DNA of 64,000 nt from an uncultured Chloroflexia bacterium (GCA_963734535.1 CAVTHS010000003.1:128001-192000); one strand, 5' to 3'; positions 43,495 through 54,722 are shown, counted from the stretch's first letter. Notes: generated from the sequence alone by a model not told the origin. Made by a program: numbers and translations.

Positions 43495-44781
43495 CTAGCG
43501 GGCGACGGGGAGCGATCCGACCGCGACCCGCCCGGCGATCGTCGCGAGCGCCTCGAGCGTCCGGTCGACCTCGGCCTCGGTGGAGTAGTGGACCAGGCCG
43601 AGCCGCAGGACACCGCCGCGTTCGTCGAGCCCCAGGCGCTCGATCAGCCCGCGGGCGTAGAAGTCGCCGTCCCACGTGAAGATGCCCGCCCGGCCGAGCT
43701 CCGCCGCCGCGTCCGCCGGCGAGGTCCCCCCGATCGTGACCGCGAAGGTGGGCGTCCGCTCCGCCAGCCTGGCCGGGTCCGCGATCCCCCAGACGCGCAG
43801 CCCCGGGATGGCGACGAGGCCGTCGAGCATCCTGCCGGCGAGCGCCCGCTCGTGGCCCACGATCGCATCCATGGCCGCCACCAGCTCACCGCGGGCGTCC
43901 CCGGAGTCCGCGCCGCGGGCCGGGCTGCCGTACGTCCGGCCGAGATCGCGGAGGTAGTCGACGGCGGCGAGCGTGCCCGCGTACGCCTCGAACGATGGCG
44001 TCCCGGTCTCGAAACGGTCGTGGGCCGGGCGGACCTTGTAGGCGGGCAGGCGATCGAGGACGGCGGCCTTCCCGTAGAGCGCCCCGAGGTGCGGCCCGAA
44101 CCACTTGTAGACCGAGCAGACAAGGAAGTCCGCGTCGAGCGCGGCCACGTCGATCGAGCCGTGGGGCGCGAAGTGGACCGCATCGACGTACGAGAGCGCC
44201 CCGGCGGCGTGAATGCGCCTGATGATCTCGCCGACGGGGCTCACCGTGCCCAGCGCGTTCGAGGCGTACCCGAACGCGACAAGCCGCGTCCGGGGACCGA
44301 GGGCGGCGTCGAGGGAGTCGAGATCGAGGGTGCCGTCCTCCAGGTGGATGTCCACGGTCCGGATCTCGAGGCCGCGATCCGCGGCGATCGCGCGCCACGG
44401 CGACACGTTCGCCTCGTGATCGAGCGTGGTGACCACGATCTCGTCGCCGGCCGAGAACGTCGCGGCGATCGCCCGGCTGACGTGGAAGGTGAGCGTCGTC
44501 ATGTTGGCGCCGAGCTTCACCTCGTCCGGGGAGGCGGCCCCGAGGAAGGTCGCGACGGCGGCATGCGTGGCGGCCGCGAGGGCATCCGTCGCCTCGCTCG
44601 TGACGAAGGCCCCGCCGCTGTTCGCGTTCATCGTGCGGTAGTAGCCGGACACCGCGTCGATCACCCGGTCCGGGACCTGCGTGCCACCAGGCCCGTCGAG
44701 GAACACCACGGGGCGTCCATCCAGCTGGCGGCGCAGGGCCGGGAACTGGGCGCGGATCGCGGCGACGTCGAAGGGATGCAT
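43495..44781 (-). CDS. Cysteine desulfurase-like protein (class V PLP, VC1184-type)
   Basis: 'LDGPGGTQVP', 'LDHEANV', 'ASNALGT', 'VDAVH', 'CSVYKWFGPH', 'FETGT'. Confidence 0.9.
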   Translation of the reverse strand: MHPFDVAAIRAQFPALRRQLDGRPVVFLDGPGGTQVPDRVIDAVSGYYRTMNANSGGAFVTSEATDALAAATHAAVATFLGAASPDEVKLGANMTTLTFHVSRAIAATFSAGDEIVVTTLDHEANVSPWRAIAADRGLEIRTVDIHLEDGTLDLDSLDAALGPRTRLVAFGYASNALGTVSPVGEIIRRIHAAGALSYVDAVHFAPHGSIDVAALDADFLVCSVYKWFGPHLGALYGKAAVLDRLPAYKVRPAHDRFETGTPSFEAYAGTLAAVDYLRDLGRTYGSPARGADSGDARGELVAAMDAIVGHERALAGRMLDGLVAIPGLRVWGIADPARLAERTPTFAVTIGGTSPADAAAELGRAGIFTWDGDFYARGLIERLGLDERGGVLRLGLVHYSTEAEVDRTLEALATIAGRVAVGSLPVAR

Positions 44782-44819
44782 GCGGGCTCCTCGGTGCGGC
44801 GGGATCGCCACCGAGCCTA

Positions 44820-46201
44820 TCACCGCGGTCCGGCACGAGCCTCATGGCGTGTGGCCTCGTCACGTGGACCGCGGCCATCGGCGGGAGCGGGGCGGGGTGG
44901 GGCATCACCGGGCGGGAGGCCTGCGCCGGCGCGGCGGAGCCGGTCCCCGAGCCGCCGGCGGCGATGGGCGAGCGCAGGCTCCAGGGCCGGGTCGGGCACC
45001 CCCAGGAGCCTTGAACGCTGGGCGGCGCGCTCCGCGGCAGCCGTCGCGGCGAGCGCCCCGGCATGATCCGCGAGGACGTGCTCCCGGAGCTTCGCGACCT
45101 CGACCCAGGCGCGGGCGGCGCCGGGACCACCGGCGGCCGCGATCGTCTCCCATGCGGCGGCCGCCTCCCCGGGGCGCCCGAGGCGGCGGAGCGTCCGGGC
45201 GCGCTCGGCGCGGATCCGTTCGCGCGAGACCGTGACGATCGGGATCACGGCACCGAATGGCCACGCGTCGGACCCGCGGGCCGGCGGTCGCCAGCCGGCG
45301 TCGGCTTCGTCGAGGCAGCCGAGCGCGGCGTCGTGGCGTCGTTCCCGGGTGAAGCCGCGGGCAAGCGCGACGAGATCGCCCGACGGGGCCAGCGGACGGC
45401 GATCCGGATCCGCGTACCGTTGATCGAGGTGGACGAGGAGCCGACCGAGCGAGCGCACGTCCTCCGCGTTGTGAGCCACCACGGGCGCAAGCGGCACGGC
45501 GCTCCCGCCGCGCACGAACGAAAGGTAGCGCTCCGGGATCTCCCAGCCGCCCACGTCGCCGTCCCGCCGCACGCCGAGCAGCTCGCGCTCCACCGTGGCA
45601 AGCCTCGCGTCGCCCAGGCGGTGCCGGAAGAGGCGCCGGACATGGGGCAGGAGGTCGAGCATCCCGGCGTGCACGGGCGCGGCCCGGCGCGCGAGTCGGT
45701 ACCGCGTCACGAGGAGCGGCCAGTCGAAGCCGCGGCCGTTGTAGGTGACGAGCCACGCGTCGCGCGGGATCGCGGCGTCGAGCGCGGCGAGGAGCGCCGG
45801 CTCGTCGGCGTGGTCGGGGCAGAGGAGCTGGACCTGGCGGAAACGCTCGCCCTCCCACCAGCCGAGACCGACGAGGAACGCGAGCGTCCCCGCGGCGGTG
45901 CCCAGCCCGGTCGTCTCGGTGTCGAGACAGACGAGGCGCGCGTCCGCCGGGGGCTGGCCCGGCAACGACGCGAGGCGCGGACGAACGATCGGCAGCGCGA
46001 TGGTCGCCGGCTCCACGCGGACCACGTGGCCGCGGGGCCCGTGGAGCCACTCGCCGCCGACGGCCGCGGCAAGGCGCTGGGCCCGGGCGCGCCGCCCTCG
46101 CGACCCGTGGACGCGCCGTCCTCGTGCGGGGCTGCCGGGAGCGTGGCCCGCGACGCCCGAAGAGCGGCGAGGCGCCGCTGGAGGAGCGCCGTGTCGCTCA
46201 T
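44820..46201 (-). CDS. RNase H-like DEDD exonuclease + TPR (YprB/MrfB-like), probable frameshift near 46095
   Basis: 'LDTETTGL', 'TYNGRGFD', 'HNAEDV', TPR-like 'AKLREH'. ATG at 46201 overlaps the helicase stop but is out of frame with the body. Confidence 0.82.
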
Positions 46202-48523
46202 GCCGCCCCAACGCTCCGGGTCCGGCTCGCGAGGCCTGCCCCGAGCTCCTCGAGAAGCCGCATTGCCAGCCGCCTGGCGTCGAGATCGGCCTCGCCGCCC
46301 GGGGCTCGCGGCCCGGTGCACGACGGGCAGCCGGATTCACAGGCGCAGGCGGCGATAAGGTCGGCGGCACCGGCGACCAGCTCGTCGTGCCGGTTCCAGA
46401 GCCGCTCGGACATGCCGACGCCGCCGGGGACTGCCTCGTACAGGTAGATCGTCGGCGCCTCCGAGTGGGGCGAGCGCACCTGGGCGACGAGGCCGAGGTC
46501 GCGGGGATCGACCATCAGGAGCACGCTCGCCACGGTCTGCATTGCCCGCCCGGCGCCGAGCAGCGCAACGTCGAGCTCCTCGCGCCGCCACCTCCCAGGC
46601 AGGGCATCCGCCGCGACCCAGTAGGCGGTCGTCTGCAGCTCGATCTCGGGGAGGTCGATCGGTCCCCAGCCGACGTTCTCGTCGGTGCCGAACTTGAGCT
46701 TCTTGTAGAAGGTGACGAGGCTGGCGACCATCACCTCCCCGTGGACGCGACGACCTCCGGTGGCGGGACCGGCGCCGAAGACGTCGATCGGCTTGAGCGT
46801 CACGGCCCGGTTCGCGTACGTGTAGTGATCGGCGTCGATACGGTGGACGTAGGCCTTGCGCTCGCCCCACTCCAGCCGGTCGACGTGGTACTGGATGGAT
46901 TCGTGCATGTAGATCGCGTGCTGGTGGACGAGCACCTGGGCCGAGAACAGGTCGACCTCGCCGAGCACGCGCGGTCGGTCCGGTGTCGTGTCGATGATCA
47001 CCACGTTCTCCGGCGCCGCCGTGCGCAGCGAGACCTCCGAGGCCGGGAAGTTCTCCGAGCTCCAGTACCAGCGGCCGTCCTCGCCTTCGTGCACGTGGCC
47101 GCTCTCCGCGATGAACGCGAGGAGGTCGTCGGCCGGCCCCTGGCCGAACGCCTCGCCCGGGTCGAAGGGCATCTCGAACGTGGCCGCCCGGATGTGCGCA
47201 AGCAGGACGTGCAGGTTGTCGGGGTCGACGCGCGCCTCCTCGGGCGGGCCGTCGAGGAGGAACTCCGGGTGGTGGACGACGTACTGGTCCACCGGCGCCG
47301 CGGATGCGACGAGGATCGCGACCGAGACGTCCTGGCGCCGCCCGGCGCGGCCGAACTGCTGCCAGGTGGCGGCGATCGAGCCCGGGTAGCCGGCAAGGAC
47401 GGCGACGTCGAGGCGGCCGATGTCGACCCCGAGCTCCAGCGCGTTCGTGCTCACGACGCCGAGGACATGGCCGTCGCGCAGGCCCTCCTCGATCGATCGG
47501 CGCTCGGTCGGCAGGTAGCCGCCACGGTAGCCGCGCACCCGTGTCCGCGGTCCCAGGTGCTGGCGAAGCGCCTCGCGGAGCCCCGTCAGCACGACCTCCA
47601 CCGCCGTCCGCGAGCGGGCGAAGACGATGGTCTGGCGGCCGGCCCGGATGAACGGGAGCGCCCACCGCTGGGCGAGCGTGAGGGCCGATCCGCGCGCGCC
47701 CGACGGCGCGTCGATCACGGGTGGGTCCACGAAGAGCAGGTGCCGTTCGCCGGCTGGAGCCCCGTTTCGATCCACGACAAGGGGAGCCCGGCCGGTCAGC
47801 GCCGTCGCGAGCTCGCCCGGGTTCGCGATCGTGGCGGAGCAGGTGACGATCACCGGGTTCGAGCCGTAGTGGCGGCAGATGCGGAGCAGCCGCCGGAGCG
47901 ACGTTGGCGACGTGGCTGCCGAAGAGCCCGCGGTACGTGTGCAGCTCGTCGATGACGATCACGGAGACCTGCTCGAAGAGCTGGAACCACTTGGTGTGGT
48001 GCGGGAGGATCGCCGCGTGGAGCATGTCCGGGTTGGTGACCACGACCTGGCCGGCCGTCCGGATCGCCGAGCGGATCGGGGCGGGCGTGTCCCCGTCGTA
48101 GGTCGCGGCGGAGATCGCGAGGCCGGCGGCTCCCGCCAGGGAGCGGAACGCGGCGACCTGGTCCTCACCCAGGGCCTTTGTCGGAAAGAGCCAGAGCGCC
48201 CGGGCGGACGGGTTCTCCGCGAGCGCCTGGAGGACCGGCAGCTCGTAGCACAGGCTCTTCCCGGACGCGGTGGGCGTCACGACGCAGACGTCGCGTCCGG
48301 CGCGAACCGCCTCCAGCGCCACGGCCTGGTGGGTGTAGAGGGCGGCGATTCCCTGCTGCGCCAACGCTGCCCGGATGCGTGGATCTACCCACTCGGGGAT
48401 CGGTGCGGTCTCCGCGGCCCGGGCGGCCAGCAGGGCATGGTGGACGACGCCGCGCGCCAGCGACGGGTCGTCGAGCAGCCGCGCGAGCACCGCGTCGGCC
48501 GAAGCGGGCGCATACGTGCGCAT
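46198..48523 (-). CDS. DEAD/DEAH helicase with DUF1998 (YprA/MrfA/SftH-like), frameshift near 47900
   Basis: 'TPTASGKS', 'PTKAL', 'DELH', 'SAT', 'TNALELGVDIG', 'QQFGRAGRR', C-terminal 'CACESGCPSC'. Confidence 0.9.
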
Positions 48524-48644
48524 CCAGGCGCCTCCTCGCATATAGAACAGACGAGCGGTATATGGCGAGTCTAGCACCCGGATCCGGGCGCTTCGGGGGA
48601 TCGTGCCCGTGGTCCGTGACAGCTTGTCCGGCACGCCGCGCGGT

Positions 48645-48674
48645 TTGACACGCTAGCCTGCGTGCAGCTACCAT
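48645..48674 (+). promoter_or_regulatory. Sigma70-type promoter, leaderless transcript
   Basis: TTGACA-N18-TACCAT, then 6 nt to the ATG at 48681 with no SD. Confidence 0.7.
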
Positions 48675-48680
48675 CCGGCC

Positions 48681-49193
48681 ATGCCGCCGAAGCCGACGCC
48701 GACCGTGGCCGACCCGGACGCGGTCGAGGAGGCCGCAACCCCACCGACACCCGACGCGGGCCCGGTGCCTGTCTCGCTTGCCGGGCTGGGGATCGCCGGA
48801 CTCTCCCGGCACCGAATCGGCTGGGCCGCGGTTGCGCTCGTCACGGTCTGGGTCCTCGTGAGCTTCGCGGGGCAGGCCTCGGCGGCCGCGCGCGCGGGGG
48901 AGCGCGCGACGCAGGAGCAGACCACGAACCAGGCGCTGGTCGCGCGCGTGGCGGCGCTCCGTGACGAGCTGAACCTCGTCCAGACGCAGCGCTGGATTCT
49001 CCAGCAGGCGCGGGCCTATGGCCTCGGCACGCGGGCCGAGCGGCCGTTCGCGATCGCGGCCGATGCTCCATCGATCGCACCGGACGCGCCAGGCTCTCCG
49101 GCACGGCGCCTCGGGTCGGTCGTCGAACGGCGCTCGCCGCTCGACGTCTGGCTGGACGCCCTGTTCGGGGCAGGTGGCGGCGCGGGCAGCTGA
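48681..49193 (+). CDS. Septum formation initiator (FtsB/DivIC-like)
   Basis: Single TM, coiled coil, 'WILQQARAYGLGTRAE' matching the E..AR..LG...GE motif. Confidence 0.65.
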   Translation: MPPKPTPTVADPDAVEEAATPPTPDAGPVPVSLAGLGIAGLSRHRIGWAAVALVTVWVLVSFAGQASAAARAGERATQEQTTNQALVARVAALRDELNLVQTQRWILQQARAYGLGTRAERPFAIAADAPSIAPDAPGSPARRLGSVVERRSPLDVWLDALFGAGGGAGS

Positions 49194-49246
49194 CCTCCGC
49201 CGGGCGCGTCGGCCGTCCGGCCCGGGTCGCGACCGGAGAATCCGGC

Positions 49247-49296
49247 TTGACGGCAACCGCGCCTGACGTGCAAGATCGCCGTGCAATCGATTACAC
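49247..49296 (+). promoter_or_regulatory. iol-cluster promoter and LacI-family operator
   Basis: TTGACG-N18-CAAGAT, followed by the near-perfect palindrome GTGCAATCGATTACAC (49281-49296) with the central CG typical of LacI/GalR operators. Confidence 0.7.
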
Positions 49297-49416
49297 CGTT
49301 CACGGGGACCGCGCGGGCGAGGGCGGGCGAGACCGTCGTTCGAGCGGTGGACGCGTCGAGCGCCGGGCTGATGGAGTCGAGCGCCGCCCGCGAGAGCGGC
49401 CAGGGTGGAGGCGAGG

Positions 49417-51234
49417 ATGGGTTCGGATGCGGCTGGCACACGCCGGTTGACGGGCGCCCAGGTCCTGGTCGAATACCTGGTCCGCCAGGGCGTCCCATAC
49501 GCGGTGGGGATCCCCGGCCACGGCTGCTGGAACCTGACCGACGTGCTCCTTGATCATGCCGACCGCGTGCAGACGATCCAGGTGATGCACGAGCAGTCGG
49601 CGGTCCACGTCGCCGACGCCTACTTCCGGGTCACCGGTCGCCCGCTCCTGGCGTTCACCAGCATCGGCCCGGGGCAGACGAACACGGTGGTCGGCATGGC
49701 GACGGCGTACGCCGATTCCACGGCCGTCATGCTCATGACGGGATCCGCACACACCTACATGCGCGGCCACGGGCTCTTCCAGGAGGTCGAGCGTCGCCAT
49801 GTCGCGGACAACCCGCGAGTGTTCGAGCCCGTGGTGAAGGAGTGGTGGCAGCCGTCGCGCGTGGACGAGCTGCCCTTCGTTCTCCACCGTGCCTGGAACC
49901 AGATGCTCTCCGGGCGTCCCGGGCCGGTCCTGCTGGACCTCCCGATGGACGTCCAGGCGGAGGCGGCCGACGTCGTGATCCCGGATCCCGACGCCCGCGA
50001 GGCGCGCCATGGACCCCGGGCCGCGGTGCAGGATGTCGAGCGGGCGGCCGCCCTGCTTCGCACCGCCAGGCGGCCGGTCATCGTGGCAGGCGGCGGCGTC
50101 ATGCTGGCCGCCGCCTGGGCCGAGCTGACGAGGCTCGCCGAGCGCATTGGCGCCCCGGTCGTCACGACATGGCAGGGCAAGGGTGCCATCGACGAGACCC
50201 ACGAGCTGAATGCATGGAGCATCGGGGACACCGCCTCCACGTGCGGCAACGAGCTCGCGGCATCGGCCGACGTCCTGCTGGCGGTCGGCTGCCGGTTCAC
50301 CGACTGGTCCGCCAGCTCGTGGCGCAAGGGGGTCACCTTCTCGATCCCGCCGGCCAGGCTCATCCACCTCGACATCGACCCGCGCGAGATCGGCAAGAAC
50401 TACCCGGTCGAGGTGGGCCTCCTCGGTGACGCGAGGGCGACCCTCGAGGATCTGCTCGAGGCGCTGGGTCCGGGGACCGCCGGCCACTACCGGGGCTCGC
50501 CGTACTTCGAGGAGATCCAGGCGAAGAAGGCGGCCTGGGAGGAGCTCAAGCGGAAGAAGGAGCGCTCCTCCCTCACGCCGATGACGCAGGCCCGGGCGAT
50601 CTTCGAGATCCAGCAGGCAATGGGTCCGGACGCCATCGTCGTGACGGGCGCGGGCCTGCCGCAGAGCATCGTCAAGCAGAACTGGGTGACCCGCCTGCCG
50701 CGGACGCACGTCACGTCCGGTGGCTTCAGCACGATGGGGTTCACCGTTCCCGGCGCGATCGGCGCCGCGCTCGGCCAGCCGGGTCGCCCCGTGGTCGGCA
50801 TCGCAGGCGACGGCGACTTCCTGCAGACCGTCCAGGAGCTGGCCGCAGCCGAGATGCTGGGCATCCCGGTCGTGTTCGTGGTCCTCAACAACAGCGGCTG
50901 GATGAGCATCAAGGGCGGCCAGCGGGCGTTCTTCGGTCGGACGGCCAAGACCGACTTCGTGCGTCCCGACGGCACCCTCTACTCGCCCGACTACCGGGCG
51001 GTCGGCGAGGCGTTCGGGCTCCATGCCGAGCAGGTGGAGCATCCCGACGCGGTCCGCCCTGCCGTGGAGCGGGCCCTTGCCCACGGCGGGCCCGCCCTCG
51101 TCGCCGTGAACGTGGGCCGCGAGGCGGAGCACGCGCTCGACAAGACCGGGTGGTGGGACGCCCCCGTCCCCGAGTTTCATCCCGAGCAGTACGCGAGCCA
51201 GCTCGCTGGCCGAGCAGAGGAGCAGCACCGATGA
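49417..51234 (+). CDS. iolD: TPP-dependent enzyme, IolD-like (THcHDO hydrolase)
   Basis: 'LTGAQVLVEYL', 'GIPGHG', 'HEQ', 'TSIGPG', 'GDGDF...NN', C-terminal 'WWDAPVPE'; iol context. Confidence 0.7.
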   Translation: MGSDAAGTRRLTGAQVLVEYLVRQGVPYAVGIPGHGCWNLTDVLLDHADRVQTIQVMHEQSAVHVADAYFRVTGRPLLAFTSIGPGQTNTVVGMATAYADSTAVMLMTGSAHTYMRGHGLFQEVERRHVADNPRVFEPVVKEWWQPSRVDELPFVLHRAWNQMLSGRPGPVLLDLPMDVQAEAADVVIPDPDAREARHGPRAAVQDVERAAALLRTARRPVIVAGGGVMLAAAWAELTRLAERIGAPVVTTWQGKGAIDETHELNAWSIGDTASTCGNELAASADVLLAVGCRFTDWSASSWRKGVTFSIPPARLIHLDIDPREIGKNYPVEVGLLGDARATLEDLLEALGPGTAGHYRGSPYFEEIQAKKAAWEELKRKKERSSLTPMTQARAIFEIQQAMGPDAIVVTGAGLPQSIVKQNWVTRLPRTHVTSGGFSTMGFTVPGAIGAALGQPGRPVVGIAGDGDFLQTVQELAAAEMLGIPVVFVVLNNSGWMSIKGGQRAFFGRTAKTDFVRPDGTLYSPDYRAVGEAFGLHAEQVEHPDAVRPAVERALAHGGPALVAVNVGREAEHALDKTGWWDAPVPEFHPEQYASQLAGRAEEQHR

Positions 51235-52175
51235 CAGGCGCACCGACGATCGAGGCAGCAGTCGCCCGCACCCGCGCGATCCCACGCGCCAGGATCGGGA
51301 TCGTCCACATCCTCTGGGCGAACGACGACCTGCCGGAGCTGACCCCGCCGATCGACGGGCTCCAGATCCTCGACGAGATCTCGCGGCTCGGCTACGAGGG
51401 CACCCAGCTCGCGGGCTCGTTCCCGCGCGGCGCCGCCCTCGACGAGGCCCTGGCCGCACGCTCCCTGCACATCGCCGAGGTCTACGCCTGCATCGAGTGC
51501 GACGGCGACGGCCCGGTCCCGGGCGCCCTCGAGGTCGGCCGGGCGAAGCTCGCCGAGCTGCATGCCGTCCATGGCGACACGCTCGTCGCGGCGCTCCCCG
51601 TCGGCCCGGCCCGCATCCCGTGGGGCGGTCGCGCGGATGGCCCCGGCGTCCCGCGGATGACCGAGGCGGGGTTCCGCGGGCTGGCGGGGCTGCTCGAGAC
51701 GCTCGGCCGGGAGGCGGCCGACCTGGGCCATGTGCTCGCGTTCCACAACCACGTCGGGACGTACGTCGAGACTCCCGCGGAGGTCGACCTCCTCTTCTCG
51801 ATGAGCGACCCGGCGATCGTGGGCTCCTGCCTGGACGTCGGGCACTACGTGCTCGGCGGCGGCGACCCGGTGGCCGCGCTGACCCGGTACGGCGACCGCG
51901 TGCGCCACTTCCACCTCAAGGACGTGGACCCGGCCGTGAGGGCCGCGATGGCCACGGGCGAGGTCGACGGGTTCCTGGCAGGCCTCCGGAGCCGCGTGTT
52001 CTGCGAGGCGGGCCGCGGCCTCCTCGACGTCCGCGCCCTCCTGCGCACGCTCGACGGGATGGACTATGCGGGCTGGCTCATGGTGGAGCAGGACACGTCC
52101 TGGCGGCCGCCCTCCGAGAGCGCCGCGATGAGCCGGGCCGTCGTCGACCTGATTCTGCGCGAGCTGGCCGGGTAG
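51231..52175 (+). CDS. iolE: Inosose dehydratase-like TIM barrel
   Basis: 'ILWANDDLPEL', 'FHNHVGTYVET', 'LDVGH', 'HLKDV', 'GWLMVEQD'. Confidence 0.78.
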   Translation: MTGAPTIEAAVARTRAIPRARIGIVHILWANDDLPELTPPIDGLQILDEISRLGYEGTQLAGSFPRGAALDEALAARSLHIAEVYACIECDGDGPVPGALEVGRAKLAELHAVHGDTLVAALPVGPARIPWGGRADGPGVPRMTEAGFRGLAGLLETLGREAADLGHVLAFHNHVGTYVETPAEVDLLFSMSDPAIVGSCLDVGHYVLGGGDPVAALTRYGDRVRHFHLKDVDPAVRAAMATGEVDGFLAGLRSRVFCEAGRGLLDVRALLRTLDGMDYAGWLMVEQDTSWRPPSESAAMSRAVVDLILRELAG

Positions 52176-52186
52176 GCTTCTTCACC

Positions 52187-53713
52187 ATGACGACCAGCGC
52201 CGGCTCCGGCGATGTGCTGCTCCGGATGTCGGGGATCACGAAGCGGTTCCCCGGGGTCGTGGCCCTCGACGACGTTCGCCTGGAGGTCCGCGCCGGGGAG
52301 GTGCACGTGCTCCTCGGCGAGAACGGCGCGGGCAAGAGCACGCTGATGAAGATCCTCGGCGGGGCCTACCACGCGGATGCCGGGAAGATCGAGCTCAAGG
52401 GTCGCGAGGTGAAGATCACGTCGCCTCGCGATGCCCTCGATCTCGGGATCGCGGTGATCTACCAGGAGTTCAACCTGGTGGCGCAGCTCTCGGTCATGGA
52501 GAACGTCTTCATGGGCCGCGAGCCGCGGATCCCGGGGCGGCCGGGCGTGATCGACTGGGCCCGGATGCGTCGCGAGACGGCGGCCATCCTGAAGGAGCTG
52601 GACCTGCCGATCGACCCGGCGCGCCAGGTCGGGAAGCTGGGCGTGGCACAGCAGCAGATGGTCGAGATCGCCCGGTCCGTCAGCGCCAGCGCGGACGTCG
52701 TCGTGATGGACGAGCCGACGTCGGCCCTCACCGACCACGAGATCATCCAGCTCTTCCGCGTCGTGAAGCAGCTCCAGGCGCGGGGGGCGGGGGTGATCTA
52801 CATCAGTCACCGCCTCGAGGAGGTTCCCCAGGTCGGCTCGACGGTGACCGTCCTGCGCGACGGCCGCTACGTCGACACGGTCCCTGCCGGCACCCCGATT
52901 CCCGATCTCATCCGGCTGATGGTCGGCCGGGACCTGACCAAGCAGTATCCGAAGGAGCCGGTCGAGCCGGGCGCGGAGGTGCTCCGCGTCGAGCACCTCG
53001 AGCGCCGCGGCGTCCTCAGGGATGCGAGCTTCTCGGTGCGGGCCGGGGAGATCCTGGGGATCGCGGGCCTTGTCGGGGCCGGCCGGACGGAGCTCGTGCG
53101 CGCCATCTTCGGCGCCGACCGGCTCGACCGCGGCCGGATCTTCGTCGACGGGAAAGAGGTCGCGGTCCACCACCCGGTGGACGCCATCCGGGCGGGGATC
53201 GGGCTCCTGCCCGAGGACCGCAAGACGCAGGGTCTCGTGCTCCTTCTCTCGATCGCGGAGAACGTCAGCATGGCGTCGCCGGGCGACGTCTCGCGGCACG
53301 GGTTCCTCGACCTGCGGAAGGTCGCGGCGCGAGCCCGCGGCTTCGTCGAGTCGCTGCGGATCCGCACGCCGTCGGTCCACCGACTCGCCCGCTCCCTGTC
53401 CGGGGGAACGCAGCAGAAGGTGGTCCTCGCGAAGTGGCTGGCGTCGCGCTCGCGCGTCCTGATCTTCGACGAGCCGACGCGAGGGATCGACGTGGGGGCG
53501 AAGGTGGAGGTCTACCAGCTGATGACGACCCTGGTGCAGCAGGGCGCGGCGATCGTCATGGTCTCGAGCGAGCTACCGGAGGTCCTGGGCATGAGCGACC
53601 GCGTCCTCGTCATGCGAGGCGGCAGCATCGTCGCCGAGCTTGCGGGCGACGAGATCAGCCAGGAGCGGATCCTGGCCGCGGCGATGGGACAGGAACATGT
53701 CGTCGCAGCCTGA
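52187..53713 (+). CDS. Sugar ABC transporter ATP-binding protein (RbsA-like, two domains)
   Basis: 'GENGAGKSTL', 'MDEPT', 'PEDRK', 'LSGGTQQKV', 'DEPTRGIDVGAK'. Confidence 0.95.
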   Translation: MTTSAGSGDVLLRMSGITKRFPGVVALDDVRLEVRAGEVHVLLGENGAGKSTLMKILGGAYHADAGKIELKGREVKITSPRDALDLGIAVIYQEFNLVAQLSVMENVFMGREPRIPGRPGVIDWARMRRETAAILKELDLPIDPARQVGKLGVAQQQMVEIARSVSASADVVVMDEPTSALTDHEIIQLFRVVKQLQARGAGVIYISHRLEEVPQVGSTVTVLRDGRYVDTVPAGTPIPDLIRLMVGRDLTKQYPKEPVEPGAEVLRVEHLERRGVLRDASFSVRAGEILGIAGLVGAGRTELVRAIFGADRLDRGRIFVDGKEVAVHHPVDAIRAGIGLLPEDRKTQGLVLLLSIAENVSMASPGDVSRHGFLDLRKVAARARGFVESLRIRTPSVHRLARSLSGGTQQKVVLAKWLASRSRVLIFDEPTRGIDVGAKVEVYQLMTTLVQQGAAIVMVSSELPEVLGMSDRVLVMRGGSIVAELAGDEISQERILAAAMGQEHVVAA

Positions 53714-54722
53714 GCCCGCGGCCGTCGCGCCCGCGACGGAGGAGCGGCGCAACTGGACGGAGGTCGCCTTCCAGCTGGGAGCGCTCCTCGGCCTGATCCT
53801 GCTGATCGCCATCTTCGCGCTCTCGTCGTCGTCGTTCCTGACGACGGGCAACCTGGCGGGGATCGCCCGGCAGACCTCGGTCAATGCGCTGCTTGCCCTG
53901 GGCATGCTCGTCGTCATCCTGACCGGCGGCATCGACCTGTCCGTGGGCGCCGTGCTCGCGCTGGCCATGGTCGTCCTCGCGATGGTCATCACGAAGGCGG
54001 GCCTCGACCAGTCGATCGGGATGGTCGCGGCGCTCGGCGTGGGTGCGGCGCTCGGCGTGGGCAACGGCCTGCTCCTGACCCGGCTCCACCTGCCTCACCC
54101 GTTCATCAGCACGCTCGGCATGATGAACATCGCCCGCGGGGCGGCCCTCGTGATCACCGGCGGCGCCTCGATCTCGGCGCTCGGTGGCGGGATCGTCAAG
54201 TTCATCGGAAACGACGAGATCCTGCTCGGCTCGGGCGACGGGGCGGTCTCGATCCCGATCATGCTCTTCGTGGTCGTGCTCGCCTATGTCGCCTTCTACT
54301 TCTTCCTGAACCGGACGGTTGTCGGGCGCCACATCTACGCCACCGGCGGCAACCCGGAGGCCGCGCGGCTGTCCGGCGTGCCAGTGGACCGGATCCTCGT
54401 GCTGGTCTACACGATCTCCGGGCTGATGGCGGGCCTCGCCGCGGTCGTCCTTGCCGGGCGGACGGATTCGGGCTACCCGAACGCGGGCCTCGGATTCGAG
54501 CTCGACGCGATCAGCGCCTGCATCATCGGCGGGACCAGCTTCTTCGGCGGGGTGGGCACGGTCAGCGGCACCCTCATCGGGGCCCTCATCATGGGGGTCC
54601 TGCGGAACGGCCTGAACATCATGAGCGTCGACACGAACTGGCAGACCGTGGTCATCGGCTCGGTGATCATCGCGGCCGTCTACGTCGATGTCCTCCGGCG
54701 TCGCGCCGGGCAGTCCCGTTGA
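53697..54722 (+). CDS. Sugar ABC transporter permease (RbsC-like)
   Basis: 'GGIDLSVG', 'GGNPEAARLSG', 'ELDAISACIIGGTS'. Confidence 0.95.
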   Translation: MSSQPEPAAVAPATEERRNWTEVAFQLGALLGLILLIAIFALSSSSFLTTGNLAGIARQTSVNALLALGMLVVILTGGIDLSVGAVLALAMVVLAMVITKAGLDQSIGMVAALGVGAALGVGNGLLLTRLHLPHPFISTLGMMNIARGAALVITGGASISALGGGIVKFIGNDEILLGSGDGAVSIPIMLFVVVLAYVAFYFFLNRTVVGRHIYATGGNPEAARLSGVPVDRILVLVYTISGLMAGLAAVVLAGRTDSGYPNAGLGFELDAISACIIGGTSFFGGVGTVSGTLIGALIMGVLRNGLNIMSVDTNWQTVVIGSVIIAAVYVDVLRRRAGQSR

